Both the position numbers and the translations under genes were made by a program. DNA of 64,000 nt from Bacteroidota bacterium (GTDB lineage: Bacteria; Bacteroidota; Ignavibacteria; Kapaibacteriales; UBA2268): positions 128,073-192,072 of the forward strand of contig JBLWYD010000001.1 of assembly GCA_048267165.1 (NCBI GenBank), in the 5' to 3' direction. Each line of letters opens with the position of its first letter. Positions within the stretch are counted from its first letter, which is position 1. This document shows, in pieces, positions 64,000 through 64,000 of this stretch. The notes below the pieces were generated by a model. The model saw only the letters and a list, made by a program, of their open reading frames with translations. It made no database searches and was not told the origin of the DNA.

Positions 64000-64000
64000 A

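Noticed and set aside
1-64000. Prophage, IS element, integron or other autonomous mobile element
   Set aside because: I recognised no integrase, transposase, recombinase, phage structural gene or terminal inverted repeat. The only mobility signal is the repeat-bounded TA cassette at 20.5-21.7 kb, which lacks its own recombinase.

Overview
AT-rich bacterial chromosomal segment using the standard code (TAA, TAG and TGA all act as stops). I can support about 55 protein-coding genes, several rho-independent terminators and several repeat structures. I see no rRNA, tRNA, CRISPR array, transposase or integrase. Seven ORFs end in the type-A T9SS (Por) C-terminal sorting-domain signature. Nearly every lipoprotein has an acidic C-S-D-D/E stretch after the lipobox Cys. 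Both features point to the FCB superphylum (Bacteroidota / Ignavibacteriota-like); finer taxonomy cannot be decided from this window. Layout: 1-31 kb holds mixed-strand housekeeping genes (DEAD-box helicase, SulP, NuoA/B, TonB-dependent receptor, SPT-like alpha-oxoamine synthase, ATL, NUDIX, M16, MoxR, FA2H-like hydroxylase, cupin) interleaved with arrays of small paralogous lipoproteins and OMP-like barrels. 31.2-58.7 kb is one uninterrupted minus-strand array: GatB, a fused 2-oxoacid dehydrogenase E1 alpha/beta with a histone-H1-like tail, a TPR membrane protein, five consecutive T9SS cargo genes (2663, 622, 386, 1064 and 252 aa), a GT2/OMP/GT9 envelope module, RlmD, QueE and one more T9SS cargo gene. 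58.8-64 kb holds a phosphatase, YjbR, two tandemly duplicated TetR units, a MerC-like protein and PolX. Most worth a second look: (i) a Panacea(DUF4065)-domain gene plus unknown partner, bracketed by 32-bp direct repeats that duplicate the 3' end of the NUDIX gene; (ii) the T9SS cargo / glycosyltransferase super-cluster, including the Pmp-repeat/propeller/Ig giant; (iii) lipoprotein cassette arrays with conserved overlapping junctions; (iv) a DUF4143 ATPase framed by iteron-like repeats; (v) Lys/Arg-rich low-complexity tails on three unrelated enzymes. All family assignments are motif recognition by eye; no searches were run.
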